Below, in pieces: positions 1 through 13,800 of a stretch of DNA of 64,000 nucleotides. The translations under genes were made by a program, and so were the position numbers. The DNA is from Monocercomonoides exilis PA203 (taxonomy: Eukaryota; Protista; Preaxostyla), in NCBI GenBank assembly GCA_001643675.2, contig LSRY02000006.1:1860001-1924000 (forward strand), in the 5' to 3' direction. Positions within the stretch are counted from its first letter, which is position 1. Every line of letters begins with the position of its first letter. The notes beneath the pieces are model-generated. The model was given only the letters and a program-made list of their open reading frames with translations, had not been told where the DNA came from and made no database searches.

Positions 1-171
1 ATGCCAAAACATAAGCGGCTCACTCGGTTTGTAATAATCATCATTTGGCATTTTTATTATTGCATCTGTATTTTATTTGTCATTCTTTCTCTGCATCTCT
101 CTCTCTCTCTCTTTCTTTCTGTCTTTCTCTTTCTAAAATGCTAATAACTCTCTTCTCACTCATTTCCCCAG

Positions 172-1072
172 TCTCAATCTCGGCAACAACCGCATCATGA
201 AAGAAGGGGCGCTGCACATCGCGTCCTTTCTTGCGTCCAACAGCACCCTCACCATCCTCCAGCTCGGCCACAACGGCCTCGGCGCAGGCGGCATCGCAGC
301 GATTGCAGATGCGCTGAGTGTGAACAGGAGCCTCGTGAAGCTGGCAGTCGGGTACAATCAGATCAGGGCAGAAGGCGCACGCGCAGTGGCTGAGATGCTC
401 AAGGCGAATGTGTCGCTCGTCTCGCTGGACGTCGCCAACAACTACATCGAAGACGCCGGTGCAGCAGCCATTGCAGATGCGCTGCGGGTGAACGAGACGC
501 TGTGCCTGCTGCGCCTGTGGGACCAGACGATCACCACAGCCGGCGGAGAGGCGCTGGTGCAGGCGCTGGGCGAGAACAGCACGATGATCGAAGTGTCGCT
601 CGGCCAGTCGTCGACCACGGCTGCGCAGAGGCAGCGCCTGCACCAGATCCTGCAGCGCAACGAGGCGCAGGAGAAGGCGATGAATGCGCAGCAGCTGAGC
701 CCTGAAGAGCAGGAGATGGAGCAGAGAAGAGAGAAGGAGAGGGACATGCTCTATGGAGCTGACTCGATCTTCAGCGACGAGTGGTGTCTGATTGACGAGC
801 ACTGGCTGTCGTCCTGGAGAGAGTTCGTTGCGAGAGGCTCAAGACGACCGCCGCCTGGCCCTATCACAAACACAAGGCTGATTGACCCCGTAACAAATGA
901 GCCAAGAAAGGGGATGCACAAACTGTATGATTATCGTGGCGTCACTCCGCAGGTCTGGAGGCTGTTTCTTTCTATTTATGGTGGAGGACCCACACTGCTA
1001 AGAAGGAAAATAGATCTGTATGATACCCCCATCGATCAGCCAGCCAGAAACACTCAGGATCCTCAAACTTAG
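172..1072 (+). CDS. Last exon of an RNI/NLRC3-like leucine-rich-repeat protein with a C-terminal DUSP domain (5' exons lie outside the window)
   Basis: 28-aa LRR repeats (LxxLxLxxNxIxxxGAxAIAxAL). The C-terminus WCLIDEHWLSSWREFV..PPGPITNTRL..DYRGVTPQVWRLFLSIYGGGP is a DUSP signature. A pyrimidine tract, ctaat branch site and ccag acceptor end at 171, in frame with the ORF. Confidence 0.85.
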
Positions 1073-1323
1073 CAAATTTTTCTTATATCAAGTGAAAATA
1101 TCACAATCAAATGAGGTTTTATTCTTTCAATCATCTCAGTTTATATTCTTTTAAACAGAATATTTTGATCAAAAAGCGTACGAATGCTTTATCTGTTTTA
1201 TTCACATTTTTCAAAAACCAAAACCAATAGCATTTTTAATAAATGATGGGTTACTTTTGAAATAATTTTATTATAGAATTCAGATCTACTTTTTAATTGT
1301 TATTCGCTTTATTCATCTAAAAA

Positions 1324-2584
1324 ATGTCTTTATCAGAAGTTGAAACGCGATTTTGTAATACTGCAAACCAATGTGTTTTTAGTTTCGAAACAGAAAAAGA
1401 AAAAGATTCGTCAGACGAATGCGATGATCGTTTGCCCGATGAAAAGAGCCTTACCACCTCTGCACTTCTGTCATGCAAGGAAATACCATCTCTTAGATTT
1501 TGCCACTACGAAGGTCCAAAGATGCAACCTATGCAGAAATGCTTCTACTGCCCTGGTACAGAAGAATTCTTCGAACACCTTCAAAACCGCGAAGACTCTT
1601 CCAGTTTTCGCGGACGCGAAGATTCACGAGCTGTCCAGTTTCCAATTGAGCAACAAAGTTTCTGTTACGATGGAATCGATAAGTCTGAAGCCACGGGATG
1701 CCGTTGGCAAGGACTTAGTATCAAAATGTAAAGATGGATATAAAGCCCTTGCTGCGCCTATCCTAGATATTGAGGATTCGGCTAGAGATAGCAGAGATGA
1801 AGGGGAAATTATTCTTGGGGATTTCACAATTATCTCGAACCCGTTTGAAAAAAATTTTTATTTGAAAATTAATTTGAATCATCACTTTTTATTGCTGTTT
1901 TCATTCAGAGACTATGCAATCGTTTTGAAGCCAAATGATCTTATATCGTTTTCTTCTTGCTTGAACACGCCAAACACTTCGCAATACCTGGTGACTCTAT
2001 TTGAAGCACACATTCCATTCCACCAATTCACTTTCTCATCGTATGAAGTTATTCTTATTTAGAAATTTGCACATTTAAAAAAATAATAATTACGCTTGCT
2101 TTCTGTTCAATTTAGAGGAGCTTTGCGGATGTTATCTTTACCAAACGCCGGAGGCAATAGTGATAACTCAGAAGCACTTTCATTTGACTTCCTTCACAGA
2201 GTGTTCAATGCACAACTTTTAAAGGCTGAGATGGAGATTAAATATGCCAACAAAAACTGGAAGAAAACGGATTATGTTGCGAAGATCAAGAACCATGTTG
2301 TGGGCGTGTCTGTCACTCGAGCAGTTGGATATCCCCGTCCAGGTGATTTTTCTGAAGATCAAGCTGTTTCTTTGCTGAAAAAGAAGCTTTTCGGTATCAA
2401 AGTATCAACTGTTGGCGTTGCAGAAGAGGATAAATGGGAAAGGCAACTTCTTCATATCTGGGTTCAAGATAAGCAGCAGGCAAATTTTATATCCGGTGCA
2501 TATCAATCACTCCACCCAAAACTCAGGGGTGATACAATTGTAATTGTTACTATTGCGGGTAATCATAAATGGATTTTTTCTTGA
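1324..2584 (+). CDS. AAC4-like protein (Dictyostelium AAC-rich mRNA clone 4 family), 5' end ambiguous
   Basis: Last exon reads PNAGGNS..SEALSF..LLKAEMEIKY..KKTDY..GVSVTRA..LLKKKL..LHIW, a pattern I recall for AAC4-like proteins. Phase-consistent GT-AG introns at 1843-1908 and 2041-2115. The ATG at 1324 is in a different frame from the 1340 ORF. Confidence 0.7.
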
Positions 2585-2928
2585 ATTATTGTGGTTTATA
2601 TTATAATATTTGATATTATTTTTTTTTTAATTGAGATTTCAAACTTTTTGTTTGCTATTGTATTTTTGCATATAACTTAAATACTTTGCGTATTTTTTAG
2701 TTCAATGTTTCGTTAATTTTTAGTTGAAATTAATGATCCTTTTGTTTCATTTATGATTCATTGTTTTTATTTTCAAGAGTAATAACAATCATACGTATAG
2801 ATTTTCTTTTGCTTTCTTTGTTGAAAATATATATATATATATTAAATATTAGTTTATCTTTTGTTAGCGTTCATATAGAAAGAGTGATTGCAATATCTAA
2901 AATATTATGCTTTGATCTAAAAAAGAAA

Positions 2929-5900
2929 ATGGATGTGTCTGCTCTGTCACAGTTGTTAACTCGGAGCCTTAATCCTATTAATCAAGAACAAATAATGCAG
3001 GATATGAAATCCTTTGAGTCTTATGCTGAAAAACCTGGATTTTTATCAGGACTTGAGGTTTTTATATAAATGATAATTATTGTGCTTGAACTCGATATAT
3101 AAATTTATCAGATGATTTCTAGGCCTTCATCTGTATCTATTCCAGACAATGTTCGTCAATTAGCACTGATTACACTGAAAAACAATATTACAGATTTTTG
3201 GACAAATTCTGTCCCTCCAAGGTTTCCTCATGTTTTTTATTTATTTTTTATTTGTCATTGATCATATTAGGGTTTTTTCAAAAGAAGAAAAGGAGCAAGT
3301 GAAAGCAAATCTTCTTGCTTCTGTTCCCACTGAACGAAATAATAAAGTTTGATTTTTTTCACAATTTAAAAATTGACAAATGTTAATAGATTGCAACAAT
3401 GAGAGCGGTTGCAATTTCTGCTATTGCAGTGAAAGAGCTGCCTTTAGGGCAATGGTTTGATGAGCAGATTTTCATTTCACAAATAATTATTATCGAATGA
3501 ACTATTTTCTATTTTTTTTTAATTATTCCCAGGCCTAATTTGCTTCCATCATTATTACCACAACCTTTTAATCAAAGCGAAAATAGTGAGACTTTGTCCA
3601 ATTTTTTAATTCGCTGCGAGCGTACTCTTTTCGTTTTTCTGACTTTAATAAGGGAACTTTTAAGGCATAAACAAGCAAAATTGCACGTTTCTCCTGAACA
3701 AGCCTCGGGCACACTGATCGATAGAAAAGCATTAGCATTACAGATGGCAGTGTTTGGAAAGGAAAGGGTCTCAGAATTATGGAAAATGTCTTCTGAGCGC
3801 TGGACAAATCACTTAAGAGCATTTGTTGGTATTAAACCAGATTCAACGAATTCCTTAACTCAGCAGCCATCGCAATCATTGCCTGCCTTCTGCACTTTAG
3901 AAGAATACGAGTTAAACTCGCGTTTGTGTCTCGTCTGTACAAAGCTTCTTTCTCTTTTTTCGCAACTTCCTCTCACTCCAAGCGCTGCACTTTCAAATGA
4001 AGCAAATCCGAATCATGCAGGCTTTGAAGAACTGAGAAAGTTTCTGCACAACTTTTTTGTGTTTTCTGCTTTGCAATTTTCTGTGACGTTGTGCCAGCTG
4101 CTTAATGAACTGTATACACCTTTCATGCAGCAATATCTGGGCAAACTTAGTACTATTTCATCATCTTCTTCAACCCAATCGATTTCTCCTTATTCTAATT
4201 TCACTTCATCCACTTCATCATTCGATCACAATTCAATTTGTGGACAGTTTCTGTTCGAGACGCAATCACCTTTGGCGCTTTTCCATTCTCTTCTTGTTGT
4301 GCATCCGGCACTGAAATACCTGAAGTCAGTCATTGGCCTCATCTACTTCATCGCAGAGAACGATCCGCTATCAACACTGCCATTTCTCTCTTCTGCACTT
4401 CACTTCGCCATTTCAGCTGTCATTCTGCATTGCTCAGATTTTTCTGAAAGTTCACTTTCTTTCTTCACTTCAATTGTGCAGCAGCAGACTTCCTGTTCGA
4501 TGCAATCATCATCGCTGTCTCCGTTCAGCTCTTCTTTCGCTCTTCCACTTCGCCTCACTTGGCAGCTTGTTCATTTCATCGCCAAGATCGTCGATGCATT
4601 CGACCGCAATTCAAATGCACAGCCTGGTTCACCTGAGGCCACTTCCTGGCAGATTCTGAATGGCGTTCTCACTTCTCCTTTCTCATCGGCCATACCAACC
4701 GCATCTCTTCAAAGCTTACTTAAAATATCTTCACCAGCATCAGCTACGCTTTCTGCTTCCTCGTCGACTGTGCCTCAACCTGCGTCTCCGCAAACAGCTT
4801 TTGTGCTGCTGCGGTGGATTGTTTTGGAAGGAATGCTTATTTCAAAGGATTCACTGCGCCAATCGCTCATTTCTCCTCTTTCATTTCACAAGGATGACAT
4901 CGATGGTGATATTAGCGATTGGATAGCTCCATCTTCTTCGTCTGTGGGTTCAACTTCTCCATTGAATAGTTTGTCTTCTTCAGCTTCTGCTTCTGCTTCT
5001 TCAGGAGCAACACAGCTGTCTCAAGCAAATATTTTCACATTTAGATCATTAGAAAACTCGTTTTCTGCTCTGAATGCAAATACACTGAGAAGTGAATGTG
5101 AAAATCTGTTGTTCTCGTTGATTATGCTGAAGAGGGAGGAGCTGTGTGATGGAGATTTACTGGCTTTGATTACTTCTTCCAATGAAGAGATAAAGACTCT
5201 TTTCAGCTGGGTGAGACAGATCTCTTCGATTACTTCGACTCCGACAAATACAGCAAGCGGAGATTCACTTCCAGTTCCAACGCCTCCATTTCCCACGCAG
5301 CCATTGAGAGTGTTCATTGCATCTTTGACTTCCTTGATTGTCCGGAGAGAGGTTATCCACTTGGCAATCGGGAAATGTGCATTTGACGTGAGTGATGTGC
5401 TTGATGTGCCGACTTTTGTTGCTCAATTTCTGCGTCTGGAATTGGCCATTCAACCGGCAATGCTGACGACTCTGGTTCAATGGTTCCATTCATTCACACA
5501 GAGAATGGCTGCATCTTCATCTGCTTCTGCACAAGCTCTTGCTGCATCATCGATTCTTCCTCCGCCAGAAGAGCTTACTTTGTTGTCTCGTGTGCTTCTC
5601 ACCTTCCTTCGCCACCGTGTTAGCATCGTTTGTGCCCAACTTGCACAGATTATGGCAGATGCAGAGTTACTGAAAACAACTTTTTCCACTATTATTTTCC
5701 CTCTTTTGGATGATAGAGAGCCACTTGTTCTGCTTGGAGCATTGACTGCTACAACATATTTCTTCAATGAGGAGACATTTGCACACGATCCTGCTGTTGC
5801 GCCGCTGCTGCTTCCAACAATGACCAAAGCAGCGAATATGCTATTTGCTTTGGACTCAACTGCAAATTCAGAAGGAAGTACACGAGCTTTGGGAATGAAT

Positions 5901-7790
5901 ACAATGGAAGTTTCTTCGTCATCTTCATCTTCCCAGTCGATGGCTTCGGTGTCAAGTGTGACTGTAAAGATTGTTGAAGATGGCTGCACAAGCACACAAC
6001 AATTGCAGAGCATCAGCTCTCCTGCACTTTCATCACAAGCAAATGGATGTGCTGCTGATGGTGATGCATCTTTGCACATTCTTTCATTCATGACAAGTCG
6101 CGTGGCAGATGTGATTCAAACAATATTAAGCTGCTGTGGAGTTAAAGACGAGCATACGCTCACACAAAGTGAAGGCCGAATCCTCGATTCGATTGCTGGA
6201 CCGCTTGTGGAAATCATCCAGTCTAGCTGGAAAAGGCACAGTGTCCGTTTGGCATCGGCAGAGACTAATACAGAGATCACAGCATCAGTAGGCGTCTTGT
6301 GCTCACTTTTACAAATACTAACTATGTTTGTGAAAGTTGATGGACTAGTTCGAGAGCAATTTGAAGCATTCTTTTTCTCTATTCTGTCTCATTCGTTATC
6401 GCTGTGTGCATCTCATACAGATATGGTTACTGAGACTGTGCAGCTGTGGAAAGAATGCGTTACACATTGGAGCAATAACAGTGATGCACCAGAAGCTCAC
6501 AAAGACTTTTCAGCTGCTTCTTCTGCATCTGCAAATCCTGCCTCTTTACTGCCACAATCGGCTCTGACATCTCCTGCTCAGCAGCTGCTCACGATGTATC
6601 ATACTCGGTGGGATCCTGCATTACTGCGGTTAATTCCATCTCTTTCTCTTCAAGACGTGCACTCAGTTCCGCTTCTAGCAACCATTCTTCGATGTTCTTT
6701 GCTCCTGGACTCTCCATCTTCTCTTGCAGTCACTCTCTGTTTTGCCAATTGTGCGCTCATCCCATCGCTTGTATCAATGGAATGTGAATGGGCAAAGCTT
6801 ATGAGATGCGAACTGCCTCCACAGACAACCCCTGTCTCACCAATTGTGCTAACCCCAAATTATGCACAGGCTCCGACACTTGCTGGCGGAGTGCCTATGG
6901 ATTATTCAGTGTCTCTTCAGACAATATACGCTTTTCCCGCAAATATGATTGCAATTTTTGGTTTGTAGTTTTTCGAGATACTTTTTTCTTTATAAAAGAC
7001 TATTATTTTTTACATATTCAAATGTTTTCGAATGTTTATAGATTTGCTTTCATTATGGCTTCAAATGCAGCCAAATGCTCTTCAACTAGTTTTGGGAACC
7101 TTCAATGCGCTTCTTGTGGATTGCCTGACGCAGTGGGGGTGGGTAGGTGCTTGTCCATCCTCTGGGCCCGGAGCTTTGTCGCAACTATCGGCAACACATG
7201 CTGCAATGATGGTGTTCTTAATGAGGTGCTATGTGCATCACCAAGCAATATTCTCTTCTAATTTCAGTTCACATCGCTCTCGCCCTGTTTGCTGCTTAAG
7301 AAATCCATCGCTTTCTGCAGGCGCGCTGGAATTGTTTGTGAGAGCAATTATGAATTGCATTCCTCTTCTTGACGATTCTCATCTGAGACTTGCTTGCTAT
7401 TTGCTCTTCTCTTTTATAAAAGACCCTGAAGTCAGCTCAAATAGCACTCTTTGCGTGCTTCTCGTACAAAAAGCTGTTGGCCTTCTTCGTAAAATTTCGT
7501 CTTTGTCGACTCCCTTTGATCTTTCATCTGCTTCTGTTATTTCAACTGGATATGGGCATTCTTCGATAACTGCTTCTGATGACGAGGATCTGACTCGGCA
7601 AGACTCTTTCATTTCATCTCCGATGTCAAAGAAGTTGATTGAAGTTATGTCTCGTGATCCATCTCTTTCGACAGACTTACGCAATTACGGTTCTGATGCA
7701 TTGCGATCTGCTAGCTCTAATCCCTCAAGCTGCCTCTCTTCCATTGTTGAACAAATTAAAGTTGAGCTATCATATTTGGGAATGATGTAA
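2929..7790 (+). CDS. Importin-beta/karyopherin family protein (IBN_N + HEAT repeats, importin-11-like), multi-exon
   Basis: The spliced N-terminus MDVSALSQLL..KPGFLSGLE|..VRQLALITLKNNITDFW..EEKEQVKANLL..|..AISAIAVKELP.GQW|PNLLPSL matches IBN_N. Several short introns between 3058 and 3532, a long helical exon to ~6960, and an intron at ~6961-7041. Confidence 0.8.
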
Positions 7791-8504
7791 ATCTCGTAAT
7801 TCAAGCTTGAATACTAATCGTTTCATTTTCTCATCTTTCAACATTGAAGTTATTTTGATTTGTTCAAAATTCAGCAAAAGCAATTTTAATAAAATGGCTG
7901 CTGTTCTTTAAAAGTATTTGACATTTATTCGGTTTATGCTGCTCCAAATTAAACTGCGCAACATTTCCATCTTTGATTTTATTTAGTTTCAAATGTGGAG
8001 AATATTTATTTTTTCTTTTAAGTTTTAATAATTATTTAATAAGGAACAATTATGAATATAAACATTACAAAATCTTTTTTTTCCTTACAAAGCTAAAATT
8101 AAAATCATTCGATTTGAATCAATGAATAAAAGGAAAGCAATTGACTATCAAAAAGTTAACATGAAAGCAATCTTTTTTCGATGCTCCATTGTTTTGATCT
8201 TTTTGAAACTTTCGATAACGCCATAAGTATTAATGATTCTTTTCTCTCTCACATGACATCCAATGCACTTTATCCTTTTGGTTGTATGTAACTTGAGAAA
8301 GTGATAACTATCTGACAATGAATATTTATAATTTTTGGAGAAAAGCATGGGGGTGAAAATATAAAATATGAAAACCAAATTATATAGTTTTTGGGGGGAA
8401 AAATCGATTAAATTTGCTGCTGAAAAAGAAATTCATGAAAACGAAATAATTTTAGAAATATTATAAATGATTAATTGTTGAGATAATTTCACTGTCCACA
8501 GTTA

Positions 8505-9350
8505 TTGAAAGTGTCCACCATAATAAGCACTAACTACATATTCCATAAAAAGGTATTCCAAGCTCAAAGCCCCTATGACGAGAAATGTGGACATCCAACG
8601 TCTTTCAGCATCCAATCAGCAAGCTCTTCTTTTCTTCAACGAGTTTCTGCAAATTCTACACAATTCCCATCATTATTCACTTTTTCTATTTTTCACACAA
8701 ATGAATTTTCTCTCCGCCGATCTGATTCCTTCAAAGCACTGGTGATTACACCTTCAGGAGTTCCAGCAAATTTTCATGCTGCGCCTTCAAAAATGCCTGA
8801 CTCCACTTTGGTTGTCGCAGCTGCTGCAGATGCTCAGTCTCTCAAAAGCGTTTTATTATTATCATACCACAAATCACCTTAGGAAAGAGAGTTCTATTAA
8901 AAACACAGATAGATAATTAGGACAGCAACGAAGGATGAATCACACAAATCATTTTTGAAAGATTTGGTGAAGAGGTTTTGCTGAATGGAATCATCGAAAG
9001 AAGGGATATTTTAATGAAGAACCACGAAAGATATCTTCTTTTTTGGGATTCTCATTCTTCTCGGGCTCAGCCAGATGCCTGGCAGAAATTAGTAGATAAC
9101 AACATTGACGTCGTCACTTTTAATCCTCACAGTTCACACATCACATAACCTCTTGATCGTGGTGTGTTTGTAGTCTTTAAAAAATTGCATCAACTCTCTG
9201 TTCTCGTTGTATCCGGATTCTTCCATTTCTCTCAAAAGTGAGGCCATTTCCTATGTTCTTCCACAATCCCTTCAGACAGCATTGCTTCCAGCAACTGTTG
9301 TTTCTTTGTTTAAAATAAACGGCCTGCTTTCAAATGAATGTCATTCAATT
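8505..9350 (+). pseudogene. Decayed pogo/Tigger-like (DDE_1) transposase
   Basis: Motifs IFHTNEFSL (consensus IFNxDET), TLVVAAAADAQ, SNEG*IT (consensus NGWMT; TGA 8936-8938), LLFWDSHSSR and FNPHSSHIT*PLDRGVF (consensus PPHTTHxxQPLD; TAA 9146-9148). Frameshifts are present and no termini were found. Confidence 0.85.
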
Positions 9351-9867
9351 ATCTGGGTGATTTTTTTTGATATCATAAAAAAAGATCAAAAATCGAAAAA
9401 ATATAATCTATAGTGGTATTAATTGATCAATAAGTTAAATTGATGTTTCATAAGTATTTAGCTTTTATTTCTGTCATATATATTTGTTTTATTTATTTAT
9501 ATAAAAAATCATACCTTTTTGAAATTTCAGTGCAAAAAGATTTTTTTGATCAAGTTCAATAAAAATTAGCCAAAAATAAATAAATAAAACTTCAAAAGAA
9601 AAAATTGCAAATTCATAATTGGCAAAATACACATTGCAAAGAGAAAGTTTATAAGAAGAACAGAAAAAATGATAGGAAAACAAAATTATTGAAACTAATT
9701 GAACAATAATAGTCATTTTTCTATTTTTTTCCTTTCCTTTATAAGGCCACAAATTTCCATTCATTTTATTCGTTTCATCGAATTCATCAAGCGTTAAACG
9801 AAATAGTGGAACATTGGATAAAGTCAAGTTCAATATCTGGATCATCTTCATCGCTTTGAATAAAATC

Positions 9868-10055
9868 GTTTCTAACAGAGGAACTGATGCTGATGCCTGT
9901 GGCAGGCCCCAACAGACCCCATGCGCCACCATCGAGTATGCCCTCAACGGCTTCATTTCCCTCCTCCAAGATGCCTCTCTCACCCTCCTCACCTCAATAT
10001 TTGTTCCCATCCAAACACTAACTTTCGAAGTGGTTGACACAAAAATCACTTTGGC
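9868..10055 (+). pseudogene. Isolated fragment of a Cys-rich surface-protein-like repeat (GxDxxxCGxxxxPCxTIxYA)
   Basis: GC-richer island translating SNRGTDADACGRPQQTPCATIEYA inside AT-rich DNA, with no continuing gene. Confidence 0.45.
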
Positions 10056-10849
10056 AATGATGAATTTTTTCAGGTTCTCATATAAATTCTTTCATTTTCC
10101 ATATCATAGAAAAATTCATAAGCTATCATAGCTTTTTCAATTGGAGTATATATCATCATTATTTTTTACAGAAATCCATACCATCAACAAGACAAAAATA
10201 TTTCTTCGTCATTACCTCATCTAATTTTTCTTCTCCATCAACTACAAATTAAGCTCATGAAAAAAGATTCATTGCTGTCGTATCTTTCAAAAAGAATATA
10301 TTCATATATATCAAGCAATTTTCTTCAGTTTCATTTTCTTCACCTTTCCGACTTCAACTTGCTTGCATCCGATTAGTACCAGAATCCCATATAATTTCTC
10401 TTCAAATAAGCCTTTTCATCAAAATTGCTCTCCCTTATCGTTTCATTTCTAACTATTTGTTGTGATTTCTTAGCTGCGAAATCTGTTGGAGGCTATTTTT
10501 GGAATCCATCCATTCCAAATAAAAATCGCTTCAATAATTTTTCTTTTCACTTCAGATGCTTCAGCCTCGAAATGAAAAAATCAGAATCGATTTTCTTGCT
10601 GATTGTATGCCTTCTGATCGGCTTTTCTATTCAAAAAATAGAATCGTTTCCGTTGACATATAATATCAGCTGATATTCATTCTTTGAATAATATTTTCTG
10701 TGTATCTTTCTAAATAGCAACGATAGATGATGTCCAGTGCTGAATTCGATTATAGTTGAATGAAAAAGAAGTAGACGAAGAAAGAGCAGTCAGTGAAAGT
10801 GGAGAAAGTAAGCCAGAAGCAGCAGGATTGGAAGTAGATGGATGAACAG

Positions 10850-13800
10850 CTTGAGATAAAAGGAAGGGAGATGAAGAGATTCTGAGCAAAGGAGAAGATT
10901 GCTATTGGATGTTCATAAACAATGACGAATTGACAAGTGATGAAGTACAATGAGAAAGAGGATGAAGAGAAAGATTTGTATTTGCAGCAAAATCAGCAGC
11001 TGAATCGAAAGGCGCAACCAAATTGAGGGCAGGGTATTTCTGCATCAGATCCATTGCCATTGAATTGTGCGATGTGAAGAAAGAAGCCAACTTTGTAAAC
11101 GACAGCTACGAAAAGACTTTTGACAGCGCATCTCTTCTCCCAGGCACGCTGTTCTGACTGAATATTCTTATCCCATTCTCCTTCTCAAACAGCAGAGGCG
11201 ATCCTTACACTGCTTCTTTCTATCCCTTTCTGTGCGTTTCTTCTGTTTCCTCTTCGCAGTTCTGTACAGCTTTGCTTTAGCCCGCTCTTCAGCGCACTCA
11301 TCAGATTCAACCGAGCCCTCGTTTGCCTCTCTTCGACTGCTGCATACGCAGACACTTCCTGTAACTTCCACACAAATTGCCCGTTTTCCTCGCTTTTGAT
11401 GCAAACATAACGGAGGGGCACATCCAATTCATCGCTCAAATCTTCCAGGTCAGAATTAGCAAGGTCATTCAGCATGCAGTCCAATTTCCGCTCCCTTGTC
11501 AAAATTGGCGTTTGGCTTTCTTTCGCCTCTTGTTGCGCATCGCTTGCCATTTTGATCTCTTTCTGGTTTGTTAGTGTGCCTATCTCAATGTGTGGTTGCA
11601 GTATTCCTTGGATGCTGCTAAACAGATTCTTATCTTTTTCCTCTATCTTCTTCGCCATTTTCTCCATTTTTCTGCGCTCTCGCTCTTCTTTCTTCTTTCG
11701 CCTCCTCTCTTTCTCTTCTTTCTCCTTCTTCTTCTTCTGTATTTCCTGCAGCTTCATCAGCCGAAGCAGTTTTTCTCTCTGATCATCTGATTCCAATGAA
11801 TTGAACGTGATTTTCGCCTCTTCATCGTCCACTTTCCCTTTCTCATTCTGAAACTCATCTGGAATCGCTCTTGTCACTTCTTTGTTCAAATCCTTCATCC
11901 CCATTCTCACCCAACGTCATCCCACCACCACCACCTGCTCCTCCTATTCCAATTCCTCCTCTCCAACAGCAGGTGATGGTAGCGTTGTTGGCGCACTAAC
12001 AGCCCATCTTCCCATCTCCATCTCTTGGCTGTCCACAATCAACGCTCTCCCTCCGACTTCTCTTCAATCGCCGTCCATTCGCTTCCCTCGAGCATAGTGT
12101 GTCGTTCCAAAGGCGCCTCGTCCTGAAGAATATTGTTTAGGCTGCGGAGAAAGTGATAACGTTGGAGAGTTAATTGTTGTTATGTTCTGTTGCAGCTGTT
12201 TTTGTTGTGATTGCGATGAAAGAGGCTCTGGTTTTTGCTCTTCGGAATGTGTTTCTTCTTTTTTGTTTGTAAAAGACTCTTTTATGTTTGTTTTCTTTTC
12301 TGCTTCCGTTTTATTTTCTTTGCTTTTGAAGCAGCTTCTTTGGGGTTGTTCATTGAATCCTCCAAAATCACTTCTTCGTTTTCATCGTTATTCGGATCAT
12401 CATCATCATCTTCTTCTTCTTCTTCCCTGTTTCCGTTTCCATTTCCAGAATTTGTTGTTTCTTTTTCTTCCTTCTCACCTTCTTTATCATCTCCTTCACT
12501 TTTTGTAGCATTTTCATTAATTTCTGGTCTTTTTATCGACTCGTCAATCGGCGCTGGAGAAAGCAACAGGTTTGGTCTGACCATCAAAAGCACTTTGCTC
12601 ACAACAGAATCACGTTGAAGCTCAAGCACTTGGAAATACCGCTGAATCAAACACTGTTTTTCTCTCTGTTTGTGTCCATCTTTCTTCGCTCTTCTTTATC
12701 GCTGACTGTGGAGCTGTCGCAAAGGCATTCACTTTCTTCCTTTTTCTTCGATTCCTTCAAAGAATTTCTTCTCATCAATGATAAACTTTCGTTTTCTTCT
12801 GCTTTTGCTTTATCTTCTTTTTCATTTTCATCATCATTGTTATCTCCTTCATCAACAGGCTTTAATGCCTTTATCAACTTAATTTGTTCTCTTGTTCTTT
12901 TTTCCTCTCTTTTCTTGTTCCTTGCTTCTCTCTCTCTTTCCTTCGCTCTCTCTTTCTCTCTTCCTCTTCTCCAGATTCTCTGCATACCGCTCCACCATCC
13001 GAAACTCTGCAAACAGCGGAAGCGCCTCAAACACATCTGGTGGGAGAACAAAATATTATCTTTTCCTTCTTCTTCCGAACTGTTGCTGCATCCTCCTCAT
13101 CTGCTGCTCTTCTCCTGTCAGAAATCTGTTTCTAGAAAAGCGCAGCAACGAAGAAGAAGAAGAAGAAAAGAAAAAGAAGAAGAAGAAGAAGAAGAAGAAC
13201 GTGAAGCACCAGAAGCACCAGCCACTTGTGCACAGCGGTTGAGACAGCGTCGGAGGAGGAGAGGATGCATTGCTCTTTTGCGGCGAGCCATTTCAATCTT
13301 AGAGCGATTAGGTGGCTCGATGTGAAGAGAGAGGTCAGTTACAGCTGGAGAAGATGGAGAAGATGAAGAAGATGAAGAGGAAGATGAAGGAGAGAAAGAT
13401 GGAGATAGCTGACAAAGAGAAAGAAAAGATTCATTTTGCGTTGAAGAAGGAGATGTTCCTGTTCCTGTGCCAACGCCAGCAATTGAATAAGTAAAAAAGG
13501 TTTATGTTGAATTTTGATTGCTTTTTCTCTGTCTTTGTCTTCGAGGCACATAAGATGGATTCAGATCGCATCTGACTGAAAAACGGACAATTCTCTGCTC
13601 GGAATGAGGCTGTTTGCAAGCGAACCGAATCTTCTTCGCAGAATGCCATCTCCGTTGTTCAGCACTTGCTCAAAGAGGAAATCGTCAACGAGAAAAGTTG
13701 CACAGTCAGGAAAACCAAATGTGTTGATCGTGTTGGAAGATGAGTAGTTTTCGAGTGTCAATGGATTGACTCCACGTTCATCGACTGCCTCGTCTGTGTC

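Noticed and set aside
9146-9148. TAA at the conserved Gln of QPLD, suggesting a TAA/TAG=Gln code as in some oxymonads
   Set aside because: Intact genes here end in TAA (tubulin), TAG (LRR-DUSP) and TGA, and very long ORFs lack internal TAR codons. The relic also has a TGA and frameshifts.
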